A stretch of 64,000 bases of DNA from Octopus vulgaris (GCA_951406725.2 OX597833.1:16244001-16308000); one strand, 5' to 3'; positions 1 to 12,200 are shown, counted from the stretch's first letter. Translations and numbers: made by a program. The notes: generated from the letters alone by a model not told the origin.

Positions 1-1169
1 ATCGTTTTTGATGACGATCTGACGAAGGCCAACTTTTTAGATATTACGCTTAATTTACACAGTGACTCTTACTTCCCATATCATAAACCGTTGACCAATC
101 TTAAGTACATTAGCAAATTTAGTAATCATCCTGGAGCAATTACTAAGAATTTAGTTAAGAATATTTCATTTAGATTATCTAAATTATCTGCTAATGTTGA
201 TATTTTCAATAATAACGCTGAATTCTATAACTCTGCCTTAATCAAAGCAGGTTATACAGAAAAAATTTTCTACATTGATTCTGCTCAGTCTAATTGTAAA
301 TTCAATAATGTAGATAAGATTTCTAGTCGTAAAAGAATTATTGATAACAAACATAACTTACGCACCGATACAAAGCGAATGAAGGCAGATAACCCTTATT
401 TATTCCCCTATTACCGATCTAAAAGTAAATATAACACCTTCAAAAGTAATTACGCTATGAATACTAGTAAAAATATTTGGTTAATAATTCCTTACGGGAG
501 ACAAATTAAATCTAATCTCCCACTGCTGTTTCGTCAAGCTATTGCTAGGAATTTTCCAAATAATTCTAGATATTACTCTATAATTAATTCACATAAGGTT
601 AGGATAGGTTTTTCAAACACAAAAAATCTCTTGCAAATTATATCTTCTCATAATAACAAACTGTTAAATATTAATACATTTACTAATACTAACATTAATT
701 TAGCTACTACCATCCAACCCTCTAGAAATATTAATAACAAGGTTATTGTATCTGAAGTCAATCCCAATAAAATTAAATTTATGTCAAGTAACTCTAAGAT
801 TAAAAATTCTATATACCAGTGTATAATCAGTACTCGTAATAAAGTACGATTTTACATTGGAAGCACATCGTTAGAGTTATCTAAGAGAATTTCTATCCAT
901 TACTCAACATTTAGGGATAGAAATAAACGGAATAGTACCGGTCTCAGCAAACTGATTTGGAATTTAAAAGACCACAATGAACAATTTCATTTGGAATGGT
1001 TGATCCTCTCAATTTCGATACCATATGACAAAGGCAAGAAATTCTGTCTTCTCTGCAATTCTGAGCTATTTTTCATTATTTTTCTAAAAATACTCTAGTA
1101 AACACGGTTATAGAACGAGCATACAGATGTAAGCATTGGCAAAAACATACTTTTAGTGCATATAAGTAG
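1..1169 (+). pseudogene. Penelope-like element (Naiad/Chlamys-type) ORF 3' part: RT C-terminus/thumb plus GIY-YIG endonuclease, frameshifted near the end
   Basis: Frame 1 is open from base 1 (ANFLDITLNL...YHKPLTNLKYISKFSNHP...FYNSALIKAGY...IWLIIPY). GIY-YIG reads SIYQC...FYIGST...KRISIHYSTFR...STGLSKLIWNLK...CLLCNSE. After a shift in the poly-T at ~1080 it continues LVNTVIERAYRCKH to TAG at 1169. Confidence 0.85.
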
Positions 1170-1370
1170 TCTCTATCAATATATATAGTTTAGACTTTAA
1201 TTTCCTTTATATTTAACATTCACTATTAATATCCCTACTCTTTCTGTTAGCTACTTATGACGTTATATCATATAACGTTTTTTTAAACTATATTAATGGC
1301 GTTCTGTCTATCGCTATACGAATCCATCATTTTTTGCTAAAATGTCGTATTGACAAGTTTCGTTTTTTCA

Positions 1371-1455
1371 CTTTCCCGAAGAGAAGATTGCATTGTTTAT
1401 ACCTTTTATTCTTTTGAATAAGTATCAGTGGAATTTTTGAAACATATGTAGAAAG
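1371..1455 (+). ncRNA. Type-I hammerhead ribozyme in PLE 3' pLTR (U4C core variant, long loop II)
   Basis: ctttc-CCGAAGA-gaagatt...aattttt-GAAA-catatg-TA-gaaag: stem I ctttc/gaaag, palindromic stem III ACATATGT, GUA cleavage triplet. Confidence 0.7.
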
Positions 1456-1499
1456 AAAAAATACTTGTTTAAACCTGCGTTGACTCCATTTTTTATTCC

Positions 1500-1500
<1 letters not shown>

Positions 1501-1561
<61 letters not shown>

Positions 1562-1767
1562 TGCGCGCGCGCGTTTGTGTGTCTGTATTTGCCCCCCCCC
1601 CCAACATCGCTTGACAACCGATACTAGTGTGTTTACGTCCCCGGTAAAAAGAGACTGAATAAGTACTAGGCTTGCACAGAATAAGTCCTGGGATCGATTT
1701 GCTCGACTAATGGCGGTGCTCCAGCATGGCCGCTGTCAAATGACTGAAACAAGTAAAAGACTAAAAG
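1501..1767 (+). mobile_element. SINE family A, 3' half
   Basis: (TA)(TG) tract followed by caacatcgcttgacaaccg...ggcggtgctccagcatggccg...tgactgaaacaagtaaaag, as in other copies. Confidence 0.85.
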
Positions 1768-2470
1768 TGTGTGTGTGTGTGTGCTGCAAGCATAAGGCTG
1801 AAGAGAGGATTTATTAACAAATTCTACTCATCTCTAATATTATTATTGTACAATGCAAAAAATACTTTTCTGGCTATTAATATGATGCTGAACAACAGGC
1901 AACATCAGATATTAAACTTCGGGCGAATACCGCGCCTTGATAAGGCAAGAAAACCACCCAGTTGCATTGATATTAACGGCAAAGACACACAACATGAAGC
2001 TGAAGATCTACCGTATCGGAGAACAGAGATTCTTATTGCAACTTGTGGGATACATCTCGGTTTGCAGCCCCTTAACAAAACGGAAAAATTTAACCGGTGG
2101 TTCCCAAACTTTTTGGGGGCTGCCCCCTTAGCATCCGGACCACATTTCTAGCGTGGTCATCGGTCACATGCATACACAATTTGGAAACTGTAGCACATTG
2201 CTGTCGACTGACGACCGTCGCAGAGCAATCGCTGACCACGTCACTGCCGATTATCGATGCAAACGTAGCCTGGTTTTGAAACATGTTTTAGCAAAAAACT
2301 AAGGGGCATCTCACTTCAAAAGGTCTTCCGGCATGCTGGACACCAACCCAGAATTTCTGAGGGCCCGTGCTATTGCTAGACAGTCGTTGAACCTACATAT
2401 CTGGTTTAATCTCTTTTGACATTTTCACCCAACTCCTTCCTTGAATCTTCTTAACACTTTAGCATTTAAA

Positions 2471-2710
2471 CTCTTTACTCTTTTATTCTTTTACTTGCTT
2501 CAGTCATTTGACTGCGGCCATGCTGGAGCACCGCCTTTAATCGAGCAACTCGACCCCAGGACTTATTCTTTGTAAGCCTAGTACTTATTCTATCGGTCTC
2601 TTTTTGCCGAACCGCTAAGTTACGGTGACGTAAACACACCAGCATCGGTTGTCAAGCGATGTTGGGGGACAAACACAGACGCACAAACATACACACACAC
2701 ACACACATAT

Positions 2711-2757
<47 letters not shown>

Positions 2758-2920
2758 GACGGGCTTCTTTCAGTTTCCGTCTACCAAATCCATTCACAAG
2801 GCTTTGGTCGGCCCGAAGCTATAGTAGAAGACACTTGCCCAAGATGCCACGCAGTGGGACTGAACCCGGAACCATGTAGTTCGTAAGCAAGCTACTTACC
2901 ACATAGCCACTCCTACGCCT
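2471..2920 (-). mobile_element. SINE family A (tRNA-derived head, CORE-like cttgggcaagt, internal microsatellite, LINE-like tail)
   Basis: Reverse complement has A box tggctatgtgg, B box ggttcagtccc, cttgggcaagt and a (gtaaaaga)n tail; more than 10 copies in the window. Confidence 0.9.
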
Positions 2921-3361
2921 ATAACTGGCTAAATCTGACCCCTCACACCTACCCTACAATGCCATTCTAAGGATAAATTGTCACCTGATCAAAATCTTGA
3001 AGCTTTGAGATAATGTGTGATTAATTCAAAACTGGGAATAAATAAGTATTACATTTGATAGAGTTATCTGAATGCCAAAGGGTTAAGAAAACAGTTTTGC
3101 TTATTTTGATGTATTCTCTGTATCTTTGTTTTTTTATCTAACTTCTTTCTCTGTTGCAGGTTTTTTTTTTTTATGTTATATTTTCTTTGTGAGTCAACAT
3201 ACTTCCTTTGGAATGTCAGCTGAACTTTTCTTTGTCTTTCCAAATGATACGCATTATATATTTCGATTTTATATTTGGTTTGCAAGATTCTTGATGTTGA
3301 CTTGCGTCTTGAAACAAATTTTCTTGTATCCCAGGAGGATCATTATGCCAATAATAAACGC

Positions 3362-3760
3362 ACTCTTCTACTCTTTACTCTTTTACTTGTTTCAGTCATT
3401 TGACTGCGGCCATGCTGGAGCACCGCCTTTAGTCGAGCAAATCGACCCCAGGACTTATTCTGTGTAAGCCTAATACTTATTGTATCGGTCTCTTTTGCCG
3501 AACCGCTAAGTTACGGGGACGTAAACACGCCAGCATCGGTTGTAAAGCGATGTTGGGGGGACAGACACAAACACACACACACACATATATATATATACGA
3601 CGGGCTTCTTTCAGTTTCCGTCTACCGAATCCACTCACAAGGCTTTGGTCGGCCCGAGGCTATAGTAGAAGACACTTGCCCAAGGTACCGCGCAGTGGGA
3701 CTGAACCCGGAACCACGTGGTTGGTAAGCAAGCTACTTACCACACAGCCACTCCTACGCA
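3362..3760 (-). mobile_element. SINE family A
   Basis: Near-identical to 2471-2920. Confidence 0.9.
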
Positions 3761-3846
3761 CTAAGTAGTTCTGTTTCACTTCATGTATTATTAGTCAATT
3801 CTTTATCTAACCAATAGACTATTTGACTAATCGTTTGGTCAGTCAC

Positions 3847-3881
<35 letters not shown>

Positions 3882-3964
3882 GCTAAGTTTTTCGAAATCT
3901 TTTTCATCGTCATTCGCTCTCATTTACTAATAATAATAATGAAGATGAAGTGAAATAGAACCAG

Positions 3965-4400
3965 TGCGTGTGTCAATTGGCGTAATGACTCTTCCCTTAA
4001 ACACCAGTATTTTTTTTATATTTATACTTCCTCGTATTCTTTTCTACCATGACGGTTCTCATTTCTCAATTCCACTTGTGATGTCCTGCAATCCAAATGC
4101 CTTTGTCGCCAAAGTATTCGCTGTTCTCGCCAAAGTGTTGGCTTCGGTTATATTACTTGTGTTTACATGACGGACAATTACATTCCCAGTTTTCGTTTGC
4201 TCTCCCACTTTAGCCCTATCAACATTCTGAAACGATTTTCTGCCACCAAAATCTTTCTATTCCATTTATTTGAACAACTTTCCTCTGCAAATCTTTATCT
4301 TCATTGCTTAATACATTCTAATCATTCAACAATGTATTTCTTCCCTCTTGCACCTCCATGTCACATTCAAGCTTTACATTTCCATGAGAATTCTTCCATT
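3965..4400 (-). mobile_element. Degenerate R4/Dong-like non-LTR retrotransposon, N-terminal ORF remnant
   Basis: Minus-strand translation VNTSNITEANTLARTANTLATKAFGL...EPSW*KRIR resembles the R4/Dong 'NITETN...PWWKRRI' region. Confidence 0.45.
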
Positions 4401-4596
4401 ATTTTTTTTTTTTTCTTCTTTCAAATTTGCTTCCATTTCTTGCCGAGTGTCTTCCCGACACCTAGGGTAAAGAAATTCATAGTATACATTGGTAGGCCAT
4501 TAAACTAAACTCAATAGTTCGTTCATTTTTTTTTTAAGTTAAATTAAAATACATGGGTAGTAAAAGTTCTTTATTATTATCATTATTATTATTATT

Positions 4597-4788
4597 AAGG
4601 CGGCGAGCTAGCATAATCGTTAGCACGCCGGGTGAGATGCTTAGCGGCCTTTCATCTGCCGATACGTTCTGAGTTGAAATTGCGCCGAGGTCGAAGTAAT
4701 TGACTAAACCCTCTGCCAAATTTTCAGGCCCTGTGCCTACAGTAGAAAGGATTATTATTATTATTATTGTTATTATTATTATTATTAT

Positions 4789-4820
<32 letters not shown>

Positions 4821-4828
4821 TCATTTTT

Positions 4829-4881
<53 letters not shown>

Positions 4882-5075
4882 TATTATTGAGGTATCGCGC
4901 TAGCAGAATCGTTACCGCGCCGGGCAAAATGCTTAGCAGTGTTGAGTCCGTCTTTACGTACTGAGATCAAATTCCGCCGAGTTCGACTTAGCCTTTCATT
5001 CTTCCGGAGTCGATGTGATCAGCTATCCTCCTCCTCAAAGTTTCAGGCCTTGGGCCTATAGTAGAAAGGTTTATT
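4597..5075 (+). mobile_element. Two degenerate SINE family B copies with the 'ggccttgtgcctatagtagaaagg(att)n' tail, in ATT microsatellites
   Basis: aaggcggcgagct...gttagcacgccggg...ttctgagtt...cgccgaggtcga head, followed by the ATT-type tail. Confidence 0.75.
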
Positions 5076-5114
5076 ATTATTATTATCATTATTATTATTA
5101 TTATTATTATTATT

Positions 5115-5325
5115 TATTGTCTTTGCACAGCTTCTAACACTGGAGATGTACTACGGTACCAGCTGTTTACTACCAGTGAACTAGGGTAACACTCCTTTAT
5201 TTTTCGAGCACCATCCAGAGTATTCGAGCGGTTCCAAGCAATGCTGTTTTCTGCAAGTGCTCCACCCTTATTGCAGCCCCTATTTGTTCCATGTACTTCT
5301 CAAGATTTTTATGCACTCTTCTCTA
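5115..5325 (-). mobile_element. R4/Dong-like LINE 3' end in (AAT)n
   Basis: Minus translation VHKNLEKYMEQIGAAIRVEHLQKTALLGTARILWMVLEK*; flanked on both sides by TAA repeats, the known Dong target. Confidence 0.75.
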
Positions 5326-5329
5326 TTAC

Positions 5330-5382
<53 letters not shown>

Positions 5383-5384
5383 GC

Positions 5385-6042
5385 ACCTACAATGTCGCCA
5401 GGCGCTCACAGCCCTCTACCAGTCGGGCAATGGGATCGGTAGATGTTCTGCTTTAGAAATTTACAAGGGATTAGTGGCGGGGAAGTGCGACGTCGTTCTC
5501 GGGGAGACTCTGGATGCCGACGGCAAAGAACTGACTAGTCTTTTCCGGTGGACTTTCCGGTCGGGAACTATGATGGAGAATTTCCCGATGTCCTTGCCCT
5601 AGCTGTGCTACCAGATGGGGCGCTACCGGTTGGAGATAAACTCTACAAGCACGGATGTGCTGTCAGGCGAGTTAGTCCGAGGTGCGCGCAGAGTGACGAA
5701 ACCGTTCTGCACGCCCTCGCTCAGCGTTTGATTTCTGACTTATGGAGTTATGTCGGCCGTGTCTGTAGTGATGATCGCACCGCCGCCCTCCTTCAATCGG
5801 GCAGGCAAGGTAGTTTTCCTTCGCCTGTTGGCTGTGTCGAAAGGGGTTGTTTGGTGAACAAGGCTGAAAGACATGAGGACAGAGACATTCCTCTGTGGCA
5901 GAGACCTCACTGACTTCTTCAAGTTTCACTTGAAAAAGTAATCGAGAGTGGAGAGGGAAGTGCTGTCCTCGAGTGAGTTTATTGAAAGGTGAGTGAAAGT
6001 TGCGAAAATGGCAAGAGTGGATGGTACCCCTCTGAGGGTTGA
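5385..6042 (+). mobile_element. Tx1/L1-clade LINE ORF2 C-terminal fragment (zf-RVT region), degenerate
   Basis: GALPVGDKLYKHG...PRCAQSDETVLHAL...ISDLWSYV...FHLKK*SRVEREVLS matches the CxxC-ETxxH zinc-knuckle region. Confidence 0.7.
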
Positions 6043-6075
6043 AAAAGTTGGGCCAGAAAAAGTTGGGCCAGACAT

Positions 6076-6077
<2 letters not shown>

Positions 6078-6106
<29 letters not shown>

Positions 6107-6690
6107 AAGAAGAAGAAGAAGAAGAAGAAGAAGAGGAGGGGAAGAAGAAGAAAAAGAAGAAGAAGAAGAAGAAGAAGAAGAGGGGGATGAGGAGGAGGAG
6201 GAGAAAGAAGAAAAAGAAGAAGAAGAAGAAGAAGAAAAGGAAGAAGAAGAAGAAGAAGAAGAGGGGAGAAAGAAGAAAACGAAGAAGAAGAAGAAGAAGA
6301 GGGGGAGGAGGAGAAAGAAGAAAAAGAAGAAGAAGAAGAAGAAGAGGGGAGAAAGAAGAAGAAGAAGAAGAAGAAGAAGAAGAAGAAGAAGAAGAAGAAG
6401 AAGAAGAAGAAGAAGAAGAAGAAGAGGAGAGAAGAAGAAGAAGAAGAAGAAGAGGGGAAGAAGAAGAAGAAGAAGAAGAAGAAGAAGAAGAAGAAGGAGG
6501 AGGAGAAGGGGAAGAAGAAGAAAAAGTAGAAGAAGAAGGAGGAGAAGGGGAAGAAGAAGAAAAAATAGAAGAAAAAGAAAAAGAAGAAGAAGAAGAAGAA
6601 GAAGAAGAAGAAGAAGAAGAGCAACAAAAACACCAACAACAACAGCAGCAGCAGAAGCAGCAACAGCAACAGCAACAACGATGACGACGA
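6078..6690 (+). repeat. Compound (GAA)n/(GGA)n purine tract followed by CAA/CAG repeats
   Basis: Seen directly; ~540 bp almost entirely purine on the + strand. Confidence 0.95.
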
Positions 6691-6960
6691 CAAAACTATA
6701 AATAAGGAAACGTTTTGTTCCTGAAGCGATGACAACACAGGCGTTCCAGGACAAGACGACAACGGTTTAAAAGTGCAATAACTCTCTTGCACGCCATGGA
6801 GTTATTGCGCTTTCAGGCAAGAAAAAATCAAGGACTCTGGAAATTATAGCATTTATCTCCGACAGAAGTTGAAAGATGTCTAGAGAAAAAACGAATGGCA
6901 GTAATTATCACTATATCAGGAAGGAAACAACATACGAGGACAAAATCACTTCATATTATA

Positions 6961-7531
6961 TTGGGTTGTCCAGAAAGTTCGTGCCGATTTTTAAAGGAAA
7001 GAAAAAGGTCGATAAATACTTGCTATTATATTTTTAATCAACCAAATATGAACCATTTTGTTGCACAATGTGTCTCCATTTTTGAAAACTCCAACTGAAA
7101 ATACCCTCTTCCCAGAATTGAGGTGGTTTCATGGCAAAGAATTTATCAAGGTATCTTTTTTACGTCATCCAAGGAATTGAAATTTTTACCATTAAGTCTA
7201 TTCTGCAGAGACCTGAATAAGTGGAAATCCGAAGGAGCAATATCTGGTGAATATGGAGGGTGGGGTAACACATCCCAGCCGAGCTGCAGCATTGTTTTGT
7301 CTGGTTCCCAAAGCATCAAGTGCCGAAACTGAACTTTCTTATCTTCCATTTTAAAGGGTTACAGAATTAACAAAGGTTATAGGAACATAAACCTTCTTCC
7401 ACGAAAAGATAGCTTAAAGTGTGCTCTAAATGGAGGTGTAGTCAAATCGTATTTTATGGACTCAACCATGTTCTAAAATAAGTCGGAAGGTAAGCTACTA
7501 TAAATCGGCACGAACTTTGCGGACAACCCAA
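6961..7531 (-). mobile_element. Internally deleted mariner element (MITE-like)
   Basis: TIRs ttgggttgtccagaaagttcgtgccgattt / aaatcggcacgaactttgcggacaacccaa with TA flanks; transposase remnant LGWDVLPHPPYSPDIAPSDFHLFRSLQN. Confidence 0.9.
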
Positions 7532-7537
7532 TATGTG

Positions 7538-7926
7538 GATGGAAGCACTCCGTCGGTTACGACGACGAGGGTTCCGGTTGATCCGATCAACAGAACAGCC
7601 TGCTCGTGAAATTAACGTGTAAGTGGCTGAGCACTCCACAGACACGTGTACCCTTAACGTAGTTCTCGGGGATATTCAGCGTGACACAGAGAGTGACAAG
7701 GCCGGCCCTTTGAAATACAGGTACAACAGAAACAGGAAGTAAGAGTGAGAGAAAGTTGTGGTGAAAGAGTACAGCAGGGATCACCACCATCCCCTGCCGG
7801 AGCCTCTCGTGGAGCTTTTAGGTGTTTTCGCTCAATAAACACTCACAACGCCCGGTCTGGGAATCGAAACCGCGATCCTACGACCGCGAGTCCGCTGCCC
7901 GAACCACTGGGCCATTGCGCCTCCAC
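7538..7926 (-). mobile_element. SINE family C (tRNA head gtggaggcgcaatggcccagtgg), tail type 1
   Basis: A/B boxes on the minus strand; TSD acccaatatgt overlapping the mariner TIR; near-identical to the 34181 and 39255 copies. Confidence 0.9.
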
Positions 7927-8340
7927 ACCCAATATGTAGAGGTTTCACAAAACCAGGCAATTCGGTTCAAGCACAACAATCTAAATATATAATACTGGAT
8001 ACGTTTTAGATATTTTACATACACAATGCGATTCTCAATTTCTGATGTCTGGTGGCTTTTAAAACGGTTTATATTGGAATATCACAAACACAAGAGAAAT
8101 AACAACTTATAATAAACAAATCCGTGACAAACAGATATAAATGTATCACAGCTGGAATAGATTCTAATCTCTTCGCAGCGTGGCAAATTTTGTTTAGAGA
8201 TTACAAAGGGAATGATAAGAGAAACTGAACACTCTATCAGTTACACACTTTTCTTACCGCAGTAGTTGGAATGTATAAATGCATGCATCAATGTATGCAA
8301 CTTTATCCTTATAGTTTTCTATTCTTTTATAGGCTGTAGC

Positions 8341-8345
<5 letters not shown>

Positions 8346-8383
<38 letters not shown>

Positions 8384-8478
8384 CATAGATACATATATAT
8401 ATATATATACATATACATAGATATATATATATATATATATATACATATACATAGATATATATATATATATATACATAG

Positions 8479-8517
<39 letters not shown>

Positions 8518-8554
8518 GATATAATATATATATATATATATATACATAGATACA

Positions 8555-8592
<38 letters not shown>

Positions 8593-8647
8593 CATATATA
8601 TACATACATACATATATATATACATACATATATACATATATATATAT

Positions 8648-8695
<48 letters not shown>

Positions 8696-8696
8696 C

Positions 8697-8778
<82 letters not shown>
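8346..8778. repeat. Imperfect (TA)n/(TACA)n microsatellite
   Basis: Seen directly. Confidence 0.95.
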
Positions 8779-8781
<3 letters not shown>

Positions 8782-8913
8782 ATTGAGACCCAAAGGTGTC
8801 AAGTAATGCTGAATAAGTGCTATAGACAGACCATAGTTAAGTTCCAGATTCGGTAATATCTCTATTTTGCATCACATTGAAACTAACTATGACTTAATTT
8901 TTCCTCTCACACC

Positions 8914-8968
8914 GTCTCCGATGAAGGGATATTATTATTACTTAATATTCTAGAAACAGCTGTAAGAC
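8914..8968 (+). ncRNA. Type-I hammerhead ribozyme (U4C core variant) within a ~260-bp insert in (TA)n
   Basis: gtct-CCGATGA-a-gggatatt...aatattcta-GAAA-cagctg-TA-agac: stem I gtct/agac, palindromic stem III ACAGCTGT. Confidence 0.7.
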
Positions 8969-9032
8969 TTTCTATCTATAAATGCTCAAATATCTATACA
9001 GCCTCGGTTTTTATCTTATTACGCAAAAAATA

Positions 9033-9065
<33 letters not shown>

Positions 9066-9066
9066 G

Positions 9067-9131
<65 letters not shown>

Positions 9132-9254
9132 GAATATATATGATATGTATACATATAAACATGAATATATACATGTACATATTGATAGATAGAATGATAG
9201 ATTATTTACATTATTTATATTTGACGGATATTTGTCCTCATATTGCTTATTGTT

Positions 9255-9300
9255 AACACAACGTTTCGGCTGATATACCCTCCAGCATTCATCAGGTGTC
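9255..9300 (-). ncRNA. Minimal type-I hammerhead ribozyme (PLE pLTR)
   Basis: Reverse complement: gacac-CTGATGA-a-tgctgg...tcagcc-GAAACGTT-gtgtt; canonical core, palindromic AACGTT stem III. Confidence 0.75.
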
Positions 9301-9358
9301 TTGGGGAAATTTGGAACCTGGGTTCTCCTTCCTAAGGTATTTTCCAATGTTATTGCTG

Positions 9359-9439
<81 letters not shown>

Positions 9440-9518
9440 TCACTGCCTGGAATCGAACTCGGAATCTTGGGGTTAGCAGCCTGCTTTCTTAACCACTACG
9501 CCATATACCCTTTTAGTG

Positions 9519-9597
<79 letters not shown>

Positions 9598-9650
9598 CAA
9601 CATCGAAAAATACCTTAGGAAGGAGAACCCAAGTTCGAAATTTCCCCCAA

Positions 9651-9696
9651 TACACCTGATGAAAGCTGGAGGGTATATCAGCCGAATTGTTGTGTT
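9651..9696 (+). ncRNA. Hammerhead copy with mutated GAAA (probably inactive)
   Basis: tacac-CTGATGA-aagctgg...tcagcc-GAATTGTT-gtgtt. Confidence 0.55.
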
Positions 9697-9819
9697 AGAA
9701 ACAAACAGGATGAGAACAAATATCTGTCAAATGTAAAAAATGTAAATAATCTACATAATGTACATAATTCTTTATCTCTTAAATATAGAACCAGATATAT
9801 GTATATATATGTGTGTGTG

Positions 9820-10048
9820 AGGGGGGGGCTTAGTGGTTAATGTGTCAGCATCATGATCGTAAGATTGTGGTTTTGATTCCTGGATCGGGCAACGCGTTGT
9901 GTTCTGGAGCAAGACACTTCATTTCACGTTGCTCCAGTCCACTCAGATGGCAAAAATGAGTGACGCTGTGATGGACTGACGTCCCGTCCAGCTGGGGAAC
10001 ACATACGCCATGGAAACCGGGAAACCGGGCCAATGAGTCTGGCTAGGC

Positions 10049-10050
<2 letters not shown>
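9820..10050 (+). mobile_element. SINE family D (tRNA head, CORE-like gagcaagacact, V-domain-like body)
   Basis: ggcttagtggtta...gttttgattcctgg...gatggactgacgtcccgtccag...gaaaccggg; related 3' part at 56475-56580 (-). Confidence 0.7.
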
Positions 10051-10096
<46 letters not shown>

Positions 10097-10097
<1 letters not shown>

Positions 10098-10657
10098 GAG
10101 TAAGAGAGCAGTGCATGCCATCAAAGTGACACTGGGGTGAAACATACGAAGCCCAGTATACCCATCATGACTACCCGTCTGATAAGCGTACACCAGGCAC
10201 ATGCATCACAACCATATGTGCGCGACATGATGATCTCATATCAAGATAAACAGCACATGGCCTTGTAGGTGGGGCCCAGTTAGAATTTTCTTCTGGTCGA
10301 GTAACCCATTCCGCTCAAAAGGTCCCTGAGTAAGGGTTGTTTAAGGATGTTGAACGAAACACCCATGTTTCCAGAGGTGAATTATTCAAACCCCAAAGAA
10401 TCCCTTTCAACACATGGCTATGATGCTCACCCTACTACTTCTGCTCGTGATCAGAGATGCACTTATCGGCAGCCACTAAGGGACATGCTCAACTGGTTAA
10501 GGTCAAACAACTGACAAGCAAATCTGTGGTATTGAGCAGAATATTTGCTGTAGCCCATCTTTTATACCAAGACAAAACAATGCACATATGATAATACTTC
10601 CAATCAATTAAGACCAGAAGCCATGAGAACCACTGCCTGGTACTGCATCAGGGCATT
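10097..10657 (-). mobile_element. ~560-bp non-coding retroposon flanked by (AAT)n
   Basis: Other copies at 40357-40625 and 57848-58352; TAA repeats at both ends of this copy. Strand is inferred. Confidence 0.75.
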
Positions 10658-10699
10658 TATTATTATTATTATTATTATTATATATTTATTCATATGTGC

Positions 10700-11120
10700 C
10701 AAAACATTGCGTGGGCAGTGTGTGCTAGAAGATACCTTCATGAGGCAGTGTGCCAAGTGGCAACGCTGTGTTTACTTCGCAAGATGTGAGTTGTGTTTCT
10801 GTGACCACGTGTATACTGTAGTCTGCGATTTTTGTCATGGACAGGAAATTGGAACGATTAGACTACGTGAAATTTTGCGGTAGACATGAGATGTCTGCTA
10901 CAGAGACATTTAGCATGCTTCGGCAGGCTTACGGCGATGTGGCATTGGCTCGTACGCAATGTTTCGAATGGCGCGGGCGCTTCAAAAGCGGAAGAGCATT
11001 CCTGAAAGACGATGAGCGATCTGGAAGTCCTGCCATGAGCGTCGCCTCTGAAAATATTGAGAACATTCGTCAGCTGTGCATGAAGAGTGCTGGAGCTCAA
11101 TCAACGACATTGCTGATGTC
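10700..11120 (+). mobile_element. Mariner transposase N-terminal (HTH) fragment
   Basis: YVKFC...SATETFSMLRQAYGDVALARTQCFEWRGRFKSGR...DDERSGSP. Confidence 0.85.
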
Positions 11121-11159
11121 TTGTTGTTGTTGTTGTTCTTCTTCTTCTTCTTCTTTCAA

Positions 11160-11630
11160 TCAGGACTCACGCCATTAGCCACAAAGAATAATCTCTAATT
11201 CGAGCCTACTCTAAGCTACTAAGAATGCGTGTGGCAACTTGAAGATCCACCCACCACACACGATAGACTGGCAGTTGCACGGGCGCGAAAGCTACATTGT
11301 TATCCTCATTCCGTAAACGGTGGCTTTTAACGGGTGGAGAACTGAATCATCCTGGGGTACAGAGGATTCGTAATCTAGACTAAGGTCTGAAAATTTACCA
11401 CACCATAGTGGGTTACACCATGGTTCCTCTGCTTTGTGGCAGAAACAGGAAGAAAGAGTGAGAGAAAGTTGTGGTGAAAGAGTACAACAGGGTTCACCAC
11501 CTACCCCCCGCCGGAGCTTCGTGGAGCTTAGGTGTTTTTGCTCAATAAACGACTGACAATACCCGGTCTGGGAATCGAACCCGCGTTCTTACGACCGCGA
11601 GTCCGCTGCCCTAACCACTGGGCCATTGCG
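11160..11630 (-). mobile_element. SINE family C head joined to a different 3' region (tail type 3)
   Basis: 11440-11630 matches the family C head/body; 11160-11440 is unrelated and ends next to a (GAA)n tract on the minus strand. Confidence 0.65.
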
Positions 11631-11655
11631 TGATGAGTGAAACAAGTAAAAGAAG

Positions 11656-11686
<31 letters not shown>

Positions 11687-11855
11687 TGTATTTATTTATA
11701 TACAGTCTGGAGACTGTCAGAATGATGAAGACACCTCTACTGAAAACCCAGAATGGTTTGAAAATCGATTAAGGTTGTTCGTCATTTTTTTAGACAACGG
11801 CGGTGCATCAGCTTGCTTGCAGCTCTGAGCTGAAACCACAGAAAAATATATATAT

Positions 11856-11934
<79 letters not shown>

Positions 11935-12160
11935 TGTATATACATATATGTATGCATGCGTGTAGTGTGTATATATATATATGTGTGTGTGTGTACACAC
12001 AGAATTTTATGGTCATGTGCGTATGTATGTGTATGCGTGTATACAGTCCAAAGGTCTCTGTATTAGAAAATATTACAATAACGATCTGAGTTGTGAATAT
12101 TTGTGTGTATGTGTGTGTGCGTGTGAGAGTGTGTGCTTGCTTGCGTATGTGCGTGCACAC

Positions 12161-12200
<40 letters not shown>

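Larger units (their letters stand above)
9200..9790. mobile_element. Inverted pair of Penelope pLTR fragments (minus ~9200-9510, plus ~9520-9790)
   Basis: The two halves are reverse complements of each other and match 43990-44265, which lies directly 3' of a GIY-YIG ORF. Confidence 0.8.

Noticed and set aside
1255-1310. SECIS-like hairpin in the PLE 3' UTR (some Naiads encode selenoproteins)
   Set aside because: ATGA and a stem are present, but the 3' GA quartet is missing and the visible ORF has no in-frame TGA.
1771-2400. ORF 1771-2151 and neighbours as a host gene
   Set aside because: No recognisable domain; it overlaps a hAT-like end (ggtggttcccaaactttt) and is probably transposon debris.
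5672-6792. Poly-R/E/K and poly-L/F/S ORFs
   Set aside because: They come from the GAA microsatellite, which is open in several frames.
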